32,000 bases of DNA from Opitutales bacterium (GTDB taxonomy: Bacteria; Verrucomicrobiota; Verrucomicrobiia; Opitutales; PNEW01), in contig CBDCNV010000001.1 of assembly GCA_965219535.1 (NCBI GenBank), positions 930,001 through 962,000 on the forward strand. The letters are read 5' to 3'. Numbering within the stretch: the first letter of the stretch is position 1; each line of letters starts with the position of its first letter. Below the pieces are notes generated by a model. It had not been told where the DNA came from, ran no database searches, and was given only the letters and a program-made list of their open reading frames with translations. Positions 1-9,595 of the stretch are shown here, piece by piece. Position numbers and translations under genes: made by a program.

Positions 1-682
1 TCAGTTCACTGCGGTTTGCCGGCAAGGGTGCAGCTTCAGGTTTAAGCAACGCATAGATTAAAATATAAGTTCCATATAAAGTGGCGAGCATAAGGCCCGG
101 AATGACAGCACCCATAAATAGGGCGCCAACGGATAGTTGTATCTGATCGGCCATAATAATAAGCATGATACTGGGAGGAAGAAGGATTCCCAGGGTACCC
201 GCTCCGCAAACCGTACCTACAGCCAGTTCTTTGCGATATCCCTGATTGAGCATGGCGGGTAGTGATAGAATTCCCAGGAGCACGACCGAAGCGCCGATTA
301 TTCCCGTTGAAGCGGCGAGTAAGACACCGATCAGGGTAACGCTGAGTGCGAGTCCCCCGCGTACGCGTCCGAACAGGTTTTGTAATGCATGCATTAATTT
401 TTCTGCCACTCCTGATCGATCGAGCATGTGTCCCATAAAAATAAACATCGGCAGCGCGACGAGGACCCAATTATCAAGCAACTGATAAATGCGGTTAACG
501 ATGAGTGAGAGCACGTTGAAGTCTAATCCGATAAATGTGCCGGCAAAATGATCAAGGCATATGGCTATCACGGTAAAGATAACGGCTAAACCGCCCAAGG
601 CATAGGCTACCTGCACACCAAGAAGCAGGAGTGCGATAAATGACACAAAGAGAGCAATGATCAGGAAGGTAGTGAGATCCAT
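1..682 (-). CDS. TRAP transporter large permease (DctM family), N-terminal ~227 codons; the gene continues past the left edge
   Basis: My own reverse-strand translation from the ATG at 680-682 gives MDLTTFLIIALFVSFIALLLLGVQVAYALGG...LPMFIFMGHMLDRSGVAEKLM...STGIIGASVVLLGILSLP...GTLGILLPPSIMLII. There is no stop before position 1, which is why it is missing from the ORF track. It is multi-TM and hydrophobic with a typical DctM N-terminus, and starts 20 nt after the DctQ-like gene. Confidence 0.85.
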   Translation of the reverse strand, partial: MDLTTFLIIALFVSFIALLLLGVQVAYALGGLAVIFTVIAICLDHFAGTFIGLDFNVLSLIVNRIYQLLDNWVLVALPMFIFMGHMLDRSGVAEKLMHALQNLFGRVRGGLALSVTLIGVLLAASTGIIGASVVLLGILSLPAMLNQGYRKELAVGTVCGAGTLGILLPPSIMLIIMADQIQLSVGALFMGAVIPGLMLATLYGTYILIYALLKPEAAPLPANRSEL

Positions 683-702
683 AGGGTCTAAAAAATAGTT
701 GG

Positions 703-1236
703 CTAGTCCGCCGGGTGGTTTTCGTCACCGACAGTTTCGCTTCCTGTAGATAAGCGAATAATTCTGGTCACAGAATTTATTATCAGGAGTGCGGCCCCGA
801 TAGGGATAAAAGCCTTGATTATCCAGCGCGAGGGAAGGCCTCCGGGTGCAGGTGATTTTTCACCCAGACGGAACGCTTCCTGTGTAAATTCCAGGCCCTC
901 TAAAAAAACGAAAACCATCAGCGGGATGAGAAGAAAAAGGAGAGAAAATACTTCGACGATTCGTTTAATCCGAGGTGAAAAATGCCGATGGATGAGGTCA
1001 ACCCGGACATGCGCATCTTCCTTCTGCGCGTAAGCGAGGCTGATCATCACTACCACCGCGTAAAAATGCCATTGAAGTTCTGTCAGCGCAATCATGTCAC
1101 GACTGAAGACGTAACGAAGGATGACGTTCACAATAATCGCTAGCAGAAGTAATACCAACGCCCAAGAAAAAAAGCGGCCAATCCGAAATACAATCTTTCC
1201 AATAATCTCGGCAAAGGAATCGATTAACTTAAGCAT
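703..1236 (-). CDS. TRAP transporter small permease (DctQ family)
   Basis: 177 aa with about four hydrophobic helices. It lies between the DctP-like and DctM-like genes with gaps of 11 and 20 nt, the classic TRAP P-Q-M order. Confidence 0.85.
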   Translation of the reverse strand: MLKLIDSFAEIIGKIVFRIGRFFSWALVLLLLAIIVNVILRYVFSRDMIALTELQWHFYAVVVMISLAYAQKEDAHVRVDLIHRHFSPRIKRIVEVFSLLFLLIPLMVFVFLEGLEFTQEAFRLGEKSPAPGGLPSRWIIKAFIPIGAALLIINSVTRIIRLSTGSETVGDENHPAD

Positions 1237-1247
1237 TGGCGATTTTC

Positions 1248-2354
1248 TTATCTACTGCGAGGGAGATAAGCTTTGGATCCCCAAGTTGCATATTGCTTTC
1301 TGAAATCAGAATAATCTTCCCAGACTTTTTGAAAGAAAGGATCGGCCGCCGTTTGTTCTTCGACGACTTCGAGCCATTTTTCTCTGTACGCTTCTATTAC
1401 CTCCGGCTGCCAGCTGAGGATTTCTACACCATGTTTCAACTCATTACGTTGGAGCACTGCCGCCTGACTGGCTTCACCAGTGGCAATAGAATGAACAATA
1501 GTGTCACGGCATGCCATTTCAATGATCACTTGCTGAGTGGACGATAAATTGTTCCATACATCCTTATTGATAAGCAGCTCGAACGCAGTCGCCTGTTGAT
1601 GCCAGCCGGGAAAATAATTATATTTTGCCAGTTTGTGAAATCCCATATTTTCATCGATGACCGGCATGGAAAATTCGGCTGCATCGATCACTTTCTTTTC
1701 TAACGCGGGGAATATCTCTCCGCCCGGAAGGATGTTAACCGAAACCCCCAGTTTTTGCATAACCCGACCACCGAGGCCAAAAAAACGCATTTTTAATCCA
1801 TTCAGATCTTCTACAGATTCAATTTTTTCCGAAAACCAGCCGGATGACTCAGGAGGAATGATCGCCATTAAAAGTACTTTCACATTGAATTCAGAGCGGT
1901 CATACATTTCCTGGTATAGTTTCATTCCATTTCCAGCGAGAAACCAGGCGAGGTATTCGCTTGCATCGGGACCGAACGGGACTGCGGAAAAGAGTGGGGC
2001 GGCAGGCATCATGCCCATCCAGAAACCTGGTGTGGAATAACCCGCTTCAATTTTACCAGAAGAGACCGCATCGAGGACTTCCATCGGTCCGACGAGTTTC
2101 CCCGGGTCGAATAGTTTAAATTTAATATTCCCTGCGCTCGCCAGTTCAACGCGTTTCGCCAGATAGACGACATTATCTCCGAGGATCGGTACGTTAGTGC
2201 CGTAAAAACAAGTGAGCTTCAATTGTGCGGGCCGTGCCGTGCTGACAATCTCACTCTCGGATCCTGTGTTGCTGTTACTACAGCCGAAAATGAAAGGAAC
2301 GGTTAAAAAAAGTAGGAAGAATAAAAAAGCGTGTGCTTTAAGTTTATCTATCAT
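1248..2354 (-). CDS. TRAP transporter substrate-binding lipoprotein (DctP family, long ~370-aa subtype)
   Basis: 368 aa. The N-terminal signal ends in the lipobox FIFG|C. The body resembles family-7 extracellular solute-binding proteins (GKIEAGYSTPGFWMG, PFGPDASEYLAWF). It is followed by the Q and M subunits. Confidence 0.85.
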   Translation of the reverse strand: MIDKLKAHAFLFFLLFLTVPFIFGCSNSNTGSESEIVSTARPAQLKLTCFYGTNVPILGDNVVYLAKRVELASAGNIKFKLFDPGKLVGPMEVLDAVSSGKIEAGYSTPGFWMGMMPAAPLFSAVPFGPDASEYLAWFLAGNGMKLYQEMYDRSEFNVKVLLMAIIPPESSGWFSEKIESVEDLNGLKMRFFGLGGRVMQKLGVSVNILPGGEIFPALEKKVIDAAEFSMPVIDENMGFHKLAKYNYFPGWHQQATAFELLINKDVWNNLSSTQQVIIEMACRDTIVHSIATGEASQAAVLQRNELKHGVEILSWQPEVIEAYREKWLEVVEEQTAADPFFQKVWEDYSDFRKQYATWGSKAYLPRSR

Positions 2355-2402
2355 TTTAAAAGACGACGATATTAGTTTTTTATAAATGTATGTCGTGGAT
2401 TT

Positions 2403-3497
2403 TTATTGATCGAATGGAATACCGCTATTCTTAGCTATATCTCTTAAGTCTTCGACGACTGGTAGAACGAGAGGAATACCTTCCCTGCTTCGGATTTTCT
2501 CCTGTTCGCGTTCGGGGTCTCCAGGGATCAAGGGACCTTGGGTGCCAGGTGCTGGTTTAGTGGCGCGAAAAACACGGATATAGTCGTCGATCTGTTTCTT
2601 GAATTCAAGGGGATCGATAAACGCGTCAATACTCATGGCTCCAAAAAAATGTCCGATTCCTTTTCCCACACTACGCTTCGGCATTTCTTGATCGATGACA
2701 AAAGGTATTCCGAACGGACCCCAGTTTGCGCCGCTGAGAACACAGGAGAGTACATCGACCATAACCGCGAGGCAATACCCTTTATGACCGCCGTGATCGC
2801 GATCGGAGCCTAAGGGTAAGAGCGCTCCTTCATTCAGCATTTCTGACGGTTGAATGGCCGGGTTTCCCTCTCGATCGATGGCCCAGCCCTGTGGAAGGGG
2901 AAGTTTTTTGCGCATCGCTATTTCGACTTTACCGAGTGGCGCGACGCAGGTAGCCATGTCAATAACGATCGGTGGTTCAACGTGTCCGGGGAAAGCGATG
3001 GCCAAAGGATTAGTCCCGAGCATACGTTCGGCACCCCATAATGGCGCTACAAGGCTACTCGAGTTTGTCATCGACCACCCGATCATATCACGTTCCAGCG
3101 CTATTAACGGGTAGTAACCAGCTATACCGTAATGATTCGTATTACTAACACTCACCCAGCCCGTGCCCGCATCCTCAGCTTTGTTGAGGGCGATAAGGTT
3201 GCTTTTAGGCCCCACCACGAGGCCAAGACCGTTGTCACCATCGACAGTCGCAGTACTGGCCGATTCACGTAAAATTTTTATATTTGGCTTGGGATTAATC
3301 CTCCCTTGCCTCAGCAACCCAAAATAGGAATGAAGGCGCGCAACTCCATGTGAATCGATCCCGCGAAGATCACTGGTAGCGAGCACTTCTGAGGCTAATC
3401 GGGCATCGTCTTTGGGGATATCCAGGTACTTAAATACACGGACTACAAATTCTGTTAATTGCTCAATGGGATAGGTGATGGTCTCAACGTCACTCAT
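2403..3497 (-). CDS. Ldh_2-family NAD(P)-dependent oxidoreductase (type-2 malate / L-lactate / sulfolactate / ketogulonate dehydrogenase family); substrate unknown
   Basis: 364 aa with family-typical segments GIDSHGVARL, NTNHYGIAGYY and GGHKGY. The size matches the family. Confidence 0.8.
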   Translation of the reverse strand: MSDVETITYPIEQLTEFVVRVFKYLDIPKDDARLASEVLATSDLRGIDSHGVARLHSYFGLLRQGRINPKPNIKILRESASTATVDGDNGLGLVVGPKSNLIALNKAEDAGTGWVSVSNTNHYGIAGYYPLIALERDMIGWSMTNSSSLVAPLWGAERMLGTNPLAIAFPGHVEPPIVIDMATCVAPLGKVEIAMRKKLPLPQGWAIDREGNPAIQPSEMLNEGALLPLGSDRDHGGHKGYCLAVMVDVLSCVLSGANWGPFGIPFVIDQEMPKRSVGKGIGHFFGAMSIDAFIDPLEFKKQIDDYIRVFRATKPAPGTQGPLIPGDPEREQEKIRSREGIPLVLPVVEDLRDIAKNSGIPFDQ

Positions 3498-3546
3498 TAT
3501 TGTACCTCTATAAAAAGATTAATAACTTCAGGATTTTCAGCTGAGG

Positions 3547-4746
3547 TCAAAAACGTTTGCTAAGTAATTCCACAATATGCTTACCAATATTAAGCGATGC
3601 GGTGGCGGCAGGGGAGGGCGCATTGCAAACATTCACGACATTTTCAGTTTCCTGAATTAGAAAATCATCGACCATCATACCTTTTGGAGATATCGCTTGT
3701 GCCCGAATACCGGCCGGGGCCGCTATTAAATCTGCACTTTCAATCTGGGGAATCAGTCGCTGCAACGCTTTTACAAAGGCTGCTTTACTGACCGAGCGCC
3801 ACATTTCTCCCGCGCCGATACGCCAATATTTAGCTGATAGTTTGATAAAGCCAGGGTAGGTCAGAGATTCGAATAAATCAGCCACGTTTACCTGATATTT
3901 TTTGTAACCTTCGCGAGAGAAAGCAAGCACAGCGTTAGGCCCGCACTCCACGGAACCGTCTATCATTCGCGTAAAGTGAACACCTAAAAAAGGAAACGAC
4001 GGATCCGGTACCGGGTAGACCAGGTTGCGGCAGAGATTATTAGCACTGGGTTTCAATTCATAATATTCGCCCCGGAATGGAATTATTTTCACTTCCGGTT
4101 TTTGACCACTTAATCCAGTGACGCGATCGGAATGCAAGCCCGCACAGTTAACGACAAAGTGCGCATCGACATCACCCGCTTTGCTCTTCAGAATTACGCG
4201 GCCGTTATCGCGATGCATAGCCATCACTTTAGCAGAGTATAAAATTTTATTATCATCTTTTTCTGATATAAGTTCTACCAATCGTTGGCACACTTGCTTA
4301 TAATTAACGATTCCTGCTTCTTTGACGTGAATGGCTTTTATCCCGGCAGCGTGTGGCTCGAGCTCATGGAGCCGTTCGCGATCGATGACATCGCATTTAA
4401 TACCATTATCCTGCCCTCGCCTGTATATGTTTTCAAGTGCGGGCAGTTCACTCTCGGTAATGGCAACAATTACCTTTCCACAAATGTCATAATCAATCCC
4501 CTCTTGGCTACAAAAGGCTTCCATCGCTTTTTTGCCTTCTCGACAATTAATTGCTTTAAGTGATCCCGGTTTATAATAAATGCCAGAGTGCAAGACACCT
4601 GAATTATGTCCGGTTTGATGAAGCGCGGGACCAATTTCTTTTTCCAGAATCACACTGCTCAATTTAGGAAATCGCTGCATTAATTGATAAGCAGTTGCCA
4701 GACCAACGATGCCGCCGCCAATAATCGCTACATCTGTTTTATGCAT
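3547..4746 (-). CDS. lhgO: FAD-dependent L-2-hydroxyglutarate oxidase/dehydrogenase
   Basis: 399 aa. It has an N-terminal Rossmann motif [14 protein letters not shown]. It is colinear with my recollection of E. coli LhgO (YgaF): [65 protein letters not shown]. Confidence 0.8.
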   Translation of the reverse strand: MHKTDVAIIGGGIVGLATAYQLMQRFPKLSSVILEKEIGPALHQTGHNSGVLHSGIYYKPGSLKAINCREGKKAMEAFCSQEGIDYDICGKVIVAITESELPALENIYRRGQDNGIKCDVIDRERLHELEPHAAGIKAIHVKEAGIVNYKQVCQRLVELISEKDDNKILYSAKVMAMHRDNGRVILKSKAGDVDAHFVVNCAGLHSDRVTGLSGQKPEVKIIPFRGEYYELKPSANNLCRNLVYPVPDPSFPFLGVHFTRMIDGSVECGPNAVLAFSREGYKKYQVNVADLFESLTYPGFIKLSAKYWRIGAGEMWRSVSKAAFVKALQRLIPQIESADLIAAPAGIRAQAISPKGMMVDDFLIQETENVVNVCNAPSPAATASLNIGKHIVELLSKRF

Positions 4747-5048
4747 TGTTTATAAGATTTACGGTCAATTTAAGTAGCTTGTATTTCGGTCAATCACTGG
4801 TGAATGCATTCCTTTAAAAGGCAAGCATTAATCATCAAACGAGGCTTTCTTTATCATTGAGGCTCAATGGCGACTGTGCACTCACTAATAAATTGATAAC
4901 GAGTTGTGGATATGCTACTTGCTAATTAATGAAACTAATCTTCCATCACAAATATAGAGGTTAAATATTTTTGCTGATTTGTGTTTCCTAAATTTACCAT
5001 TAGCTGTTAAATACAGTTTTGCTTCTGCACTTACGTGATTTTAAACGT

Positions 5049-5978
5049 ATGAAAATAATACATTTTATTTTATGTCTGTGTCTCACCGGGTTGTTTCCGG
5101 TGATAGGGGTTTGGGGTCAACGGCCAAATCCAGAATTTCTTGATTTTGACCGACCCGAGGCGTGGGCTTCTAAATACTTTACCTCAACATCCATCCTTAG
5201 CAGTTACAGCCCACCGGCGGTAAAAGAAAGTGGTGCGCTTGATTTAGATCTTGAGATCGTCGATATCCCTGAACTGGGAGATTCCTACCGTCGCGTCGGA
5301 TTTAACGGTACTAAGCTGGAGGATTTGAATAAAGCACCGATCTTTGTACGGCCTCTCTTTACCTACTATTTTAAACCAAAAGTCTCTCTCACACTCAGTT
5401 ATGCACCTCCAATTGAGCTCTGGGATGTCACTCCGCATATTTTTTCGGGTTCTATCAATTGGACCTTTATAAATTCTGATCCCTGGCGGTTTGGACTGCG
5501 CTTTTATGGACAAGTCGGTACCGTGGAAGGCGCTTTCACCTGCCCCTCGGAGGATGTTGCCGGTGGGGATGATCCCCTACTCAATCCATTCGGTTGCGTC
5601 GCCGTTTCCAATGACACGGCGCATTTAAATTATTATGGTGTCGAATTCAGCGGAGCGTACCAAATGGAAAAATTCAATGATTTGACGACATTTTTTTCAT
5701 TGGGAGTGAACCATCAGCTCAATGAGTTCGATATTAATTCTACCTTGTTTGGAGAACCTGATATCCGTACTCAGAAATCGGATGGGAACGTATTCAGCCT
5801 AAGTGGTGGATTGCTTTATCCCTTAACAGATAAAATCGAGTTAGCTGTGCAGGTATTTTATGCTCCGCTCGATGTTATAAGATTCGGGAAATCTGTCCCG
5901 GAAAATGATTCTCTCGTCAACGTGCGATTTTTACTTTCCTACTCACTGGGCAATTTCGGCAAGTGGTTTAAGAAATGA
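5049..5978 (+). CDS. secreted hypothetical protein, possible outer-membrane beta-barrel
   Basis: The track ORF opens at TTG 5019. The in-frame ATG at 5049 gives a clean signal peptide (MKIIHFILCLCLTGLFPVIGVWG). The body shows an alternating hydrophobic/polar strand-like pattern rich in aromatics and Gly. I recognise no family. Confidence 0.5.
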   Translation: MKIIHFILCLCLTGLFPVIGVWGQRPNPEFLDFDRPEAWASKYFTSTSILSSYSPPAVKESGALDLDLEIVDIPELGDSYRRVGFNGTKLEDLNKAPIFVRPLFTYYFKPKVSLTLSYAPPIELWDVTPHIFSGSINWTFINSDPWRFGLRFYGQVGTVEGAFTCPSEDVAGGDDPLLNPFGCVAVSNDTAHLNYYGVEFSGAYQMEKFNDLTTFFSLGVNHQLNEFDINSTLFGEPDIRTQKSDGNVFSLSGGLLYPLTDKIELAVQVFYAPLDVIRFGKSVPENDSLVNVRFLLSYSLGNFGKWFKK

Positions 5979-6067
5979 TACAATTAATATTTGATATCGC
6001 GCTTGTTAAAAACGAACAATATAGGGATTGATCTGAAGCTGGTGTAGATAGAGCGAGCAGATATTCC

Positions 6068-6817
6068 ATGAAACCCACACGCCAATTGATAGCTTCCTCA
6101 CTCGGTAAAAAGTATCTAATGGCGCTAACGGGCCTGGTCCTGGTGTTATTTGTTTTTCTTCATATGCTTGGCAATTTGCAGATCTTTATAGGACCGGATT
6201 CATTAAATGCCTATGCACACCAACTGCAGACTCTTCCGTTTCCCTTAAAATGGGGCGCTCGATTATTTCTTCTATTCTCCGTAATTGTCCATATATGGAT
6301 GGCCACCCTCTTGACGGTTGAAAACCGTAAAGCGCGGCCTCAGAATAATGTTACCGAAGCAGTGGTCCAAGCGAGTTTTGCCTCACGCACCATGCGTTGG
6401 TCGGGATATATTCTCGTTGCTTTTATTATTTTCCACCTCCTGAATTTTACTGTTCGCGTGGTTTTTGACTACAGTAATCTAACCTACGACCTGCATGGTG
6501 AAAAGGTATACGACGTTTATGCGATGGTGATCTCGGGTTATAATCATTGGTATGTTTCTTTGTTTTATATTTTTTCCATGGGCTTACTCTGCATCCATCT
6601 TTCGCATGGGGTATCCAGTATGTTTCAATCAATGGGATTGCGCAATCGGCATTGGGAATTACGATTAAATCGCATGGCCGTTGCTTTCGGATGGATAGTA
6701 TTTCTCGGTTTTATTTCTATACCCTTTAGTGTGCTTGCTTCTAAATATACCGGATTAAATTTACTACCGGTTAATGAAGTCCTTCAACAGGTTGCGGAAA
6801 TCACCGCTTATAAATGA
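6068..6817 (+). CDS. sdhC: succinate dehydrogenase / fumarate reductase cytochrome b subunit (single large ~5-TM anchor, B-type)
   Basis: 249 aa with about five hydrophobic helices carrying conserved His residues. Its stop overlaps the sdhA start by 4 nt (ATGA). It sits first in a C-A-B operon. Confidence 0.8.
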   Translation: MKPTRQLIASSLGKKYLMALTGLVLVLFVFLHMLGNLQIFIGPDSLNAYAHQLQTLPFPLKWGARLFLLFSVIVHIWMATLLTVENRKARPQNNVTEAVVQASFASRTMRWSGYILVAFIIFHLLNFTVRVVFDYSNLTYDLHGEKVYDVYAMVISGYNHWYVSLFYIFSMGLLCIHLSHGVSSMFQSMGLRNRHWELRLNRMAVAFGWIVFLGFISIPFSVLASKYTGLNLLPVNEVLQQVAEITAYK

Positions 6818-8730
6818 ATTTAGACGCCAAAATTACAGACGGTTCGATCGAGGAAAAATGGGATCGCCACCAGTTTAATATCAAGCTGGTAAATCCTGCA
6901 AATAAACGAAAATTCCATATCATTGTTGTCGGGGCTGGACTCGCTGGAGCATCGGCGTCAGCTACTCTGGGTGAGCTCGGATACAATGTATCCTGCTTTT
7001 GTTACCAGGATAGTCCGCGTCGCGCTCATAGTATTGCGGCGCAGGGAGGGATAAACGCGGCAAAAAATTATCAGAATGACGGGGACAGTGTTTATCGTCT
7101 ATTTTATGATACGATCAAAGGAGGAGACTTTCGTTCGCGGGAGGCAAATGTATACCGACTCGCTCAGTTAAGCGTAAATATTATCGACCAGTGTGTCGCG
7201 CAGGGTGTGCCCTTTGCCCGCGAATATGGCGGGCTTCTCGCCAATCGTTCTTTTGGCGGCGCCCAGGTCTCGCGCACTTTTTACGCGCGTGGGCAAACCG
7301 GTCAACAACTGCTCCTCGGCGCATATTCCACGCTTAATCGCCAGATTAGTCTCGGGCAAGTAAAGATGTATAATCGTCATGAGATGCTAGATCTGGTGAT
7401 TGTCAATGGACACGCCAAAGGAATTATTGTCCGTAATCTAACGAGTGGTAAAATCCAGCGTTTTGCGGCGGATGCTGTAATTCTGGCAACGGGTGGATAC
7501 GCTAATGTTTATTATCTATCGACTGGAGCAGCGGGATGTAATGTGACCGCAGCCTACCGAGCTTACCGTCGTGGCGCTGGTTTTTCCAATCCTTGTTATA
7601 CCCAAATCCATCCGACCTGTATACCCCAGTCCGGTGATCATCAGAGCAAACTTACACTTATGTCTGAATCACTTCGCAATGACGGGCGTGTGTGGGTTCC
7701 CAAAAAAAAGGAAGATTGTGACAAAGATCCACGTGAAATATCCGAGGGGGATCGTGATTATTATCTTGAACGCAAGTATCCTAGTTTTGGCAACCTTGCA
7801 CCACGCGATATATCCTCTCGATCGGCGAAAGAAGTATGTGACGAAGGGCGCGGGGTGGGACCCGGTGGACGCGGGGTTTATCTCGATTTTGCCGATGCTA
7901 TCGAGCGTTTAGGAGTCGATACGCTGAAAGAACGGTATGACAATTTATTTCAAATGTATGAACGTATTACTGGAGAAAACGCCTACGAGCGCCCGATGCG
8001 TATTTATCCCGCGCTCCATTACACGATGGGAGGTTTGTGGGTAGACTATAACCTGATGAGTAATGTTCCCGGTTTATTTGTTCTGGGTGAGGCTAATTTT
8101 TCTGATCACGGAGCGAATCGTCTCGGTGCCAGTGCACTGATGCAAGGACTGGCAGATGGCTATTTTATTATTCCCTCCACGATTGCCGACTATCTGGCCA
8201 GTGTGGGACCCCAAGCTCCAGCAATCGATTCTCCCGCTTTTGTAACGACTGAAGATGAAGTGAATAATAGGCTTACACGTCTTCTTTCTATTAATGGAAA
8301 ACGTACCGCACGATCTTTTCACCGGGATTTAGGTAAAATAATGTGGGAACATTGCGGGATGTCTCGCAGTAACGAGAGCCTTAAAGAAGCCTTGCGACTA
8401 CTACCTGAATTGCGCGAAGAATTCTGGAATAACCTGAAAGTTCCCGGTGAAAGTCGTGAGCTGAACCAGGAACTGGAACGTGCGGGCCGAATCGGTGATT
8501 TTATAGAATTTGCGCAGTTACTCTGCTACGATGCACTCGATCGCGATGAATCCTGCGGCGCTCACTTTCGTGTCGAGCATCAGACTGAAGACGGCGAAGC
8601 CGTGCGCGACGATGATGACTATTCCTACGTTTCAGTATGGGAATATCAGGGGGATAATAAACCGCCTATAAAACATCGCGAAGAGCTGGAATTTATGGAA
8701 GTCCAAATGACAACCCGCAGCTACAAATAA
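6814..8730 (+). CDS. sdhA: succinate dehydrogenase / fumarate reductase flavoprotein subunit
   Basis: 638 aa. FAD-binding motif [12 protein letters not shown]; covalent-FAD histidine context [15 protein letters not shown]; [10 protein letters not shown]; [18 protein letters not shown]. Confidence 0.95.
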   Translation: MNLDAKITDGSIEEKWDRHQFNIKLVNPANKRKFHIIVVGAGLAGASASATLGELGYNVSCFCYQDSPRRAHSIAAQGGINAAKNYQNDGDSVYRLFYDTIKGGDFRSREANVYRLAQLSVNIIDQCVAQGVPFAREYGGLLANRSFGGAQVSRTFYARGQTGQQLLLGAYSTLNRQISLGQVKMYNRHEMLDLVIVNGHAKGIIVRNLTSGKIQRFAADAVILATGGYANVYYLSTGAAGCNVTAAYRAYRRGAGFSNPCYTQIHPTCIPQSGDHQSKLTLMSESLRNDGRVWVPKKKEDCDKDPREISEGDRDYYLERKYPSFGNLAPRDISSRSAKEVCDEGRGVGPGGRGVYLDFADAIERLGVDTLKERYDNLFQMYERITGENAYERPMRIYPALHYTMGGLWVDYNLMSNVPGLFVLGEANFSDHGANRLGASALMQGLADGYFIIPSTIADYLASVGPQAPAIDSPAFVTTEDEVNNRLTRLLSINGKRTARSFHRDLGKIMWEHCGMSRSNESLKEALRLLPELREEFWNNLKVPGESRELNQELERAGRIGDFIEFAQLLCYDALDRDESCGAHFRVEHQTEDGEAVRDDDDYSYVSVWEYQGDNKPPIKHREELEFMEVQMTTRSYK

Positions 8731-8752
8731 GTTTATTAAGTAAATATATACG

Positions 8753-9514
8753 ATGAATCTTAAATTAAAAATCTGGCGTCAAAAAAACGCGGCTGCGCGT
8801 GGTGGAATAGTGGACTACGAGATAGAGAATATTATGCCCGACTCATCTTTCCTCGAAATGCTGGATTTGTTAAACGAAAAGCTCATTATCGAGGGTGAAG
8901 AACCCGTTGCTTTTGACCATGATTGCCGTGAGGGAATATGTGGTATGTGCAGCCTCACGGTGAACGGTATTCCCCATGGACCAGAACGCGGCACCACAGT
9001 TTGCCAACTTCATATGAGGCATTTTAAAGACGGTGAAACGATTACCATAGAACCCTGGCGGGCGAATGCTTTTCCCCTGATAAAAGATCTCATTGTAGAC
9101 CGCGGCGCATTTGAAAAGATACAACAGGCCGGTGGTTTTATCGCAGTGCGAACGGGAAGCGCTCCAGAAGCCAATGAAGTCATCGTCCCCAAGACTACAG
9201 CTGATTGGGCGATGGATAATGCAGCTTGTATTGGATGCGGAGCCTGTGTCGCGGCTTGTAAAAACAGCTCAGCAATGCTCTTTACCGCCTCTAAAGTTGC
9301 TCACTTAAATGCGCTTCCCCAGGGTAAACCGGAGAAAGATCGACGGGCGCTCAATATGGTTGCGGCGATGGACGAGGCGGGGTTTGGCAATTGCACGAAT
9401 TATGGTGAGTGTGCTGCGGTTTGTCCCAAAGAAATCACTCTTGATGCGATAGCCCAATTAAATCGAGACTACGGGTTTGCGACGATTAAAAACTTTTTTG
9501 GAAAAGTAGATTAA
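8753..9514 (+). CDS. sdhB: succinate dehydrogenase / fumarate reductase iron-sulfur subunit
   Basis: 253 aa with three Cys clusters: [11 protein letters not shown] (2Fe-2S), [11 protein letters not shown] (4Fe-4S) and [13 protein letters not shown] (3Fe-4S). Confidence 0.95.
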   Translation: MNLKLKIWRQKNAAARGGIVDYEIENIMPDSSFLEMLDLLNEKLIIEGEEPVAFDHDCREGICGMCSLTVNGIPHGPERGTTVCQLHMRHFKDGETITIEPWRANAFPLIKDLIVDRGAFEKIQQAGGFIAVRTGSAPEANEVIVPKTTADWAMDNAACIGCGACVAACKNSSAMLFTASKVAHLNALPQGKPEKDRRALNMVAAMDEAGFGNCTNYGECAAVCPKEITLDAIAQLNRDYGFATIKNFFGKVD

Positions 9515-9595
9515 ATTCACTGCGCTAAAAAGACGGAATAGATTAGTCTGGATTGAGCATCCTTATTTTGTGCCATAATCGAAAACAGTACTAGG

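Noticed and set aside
42-485. Track ORFs 42-470 (-) and 246-485 (+), 142 and 79 aa
   Set aside because: Their composition is Arg/Thr/Pro-rich and biased. They are shadow frames of the real DctM gene, which occupies another minus-strand frame across 1-682 and translates into a textbook TRAP large permease.
5019-5048. TTG start at 5019 for the secreted beta-barrel-like protein
   Set aside because: The in-frame ATG at 5049 begins directly with a canonical signal peptide. The 10 extra residues add nothing recognisable.
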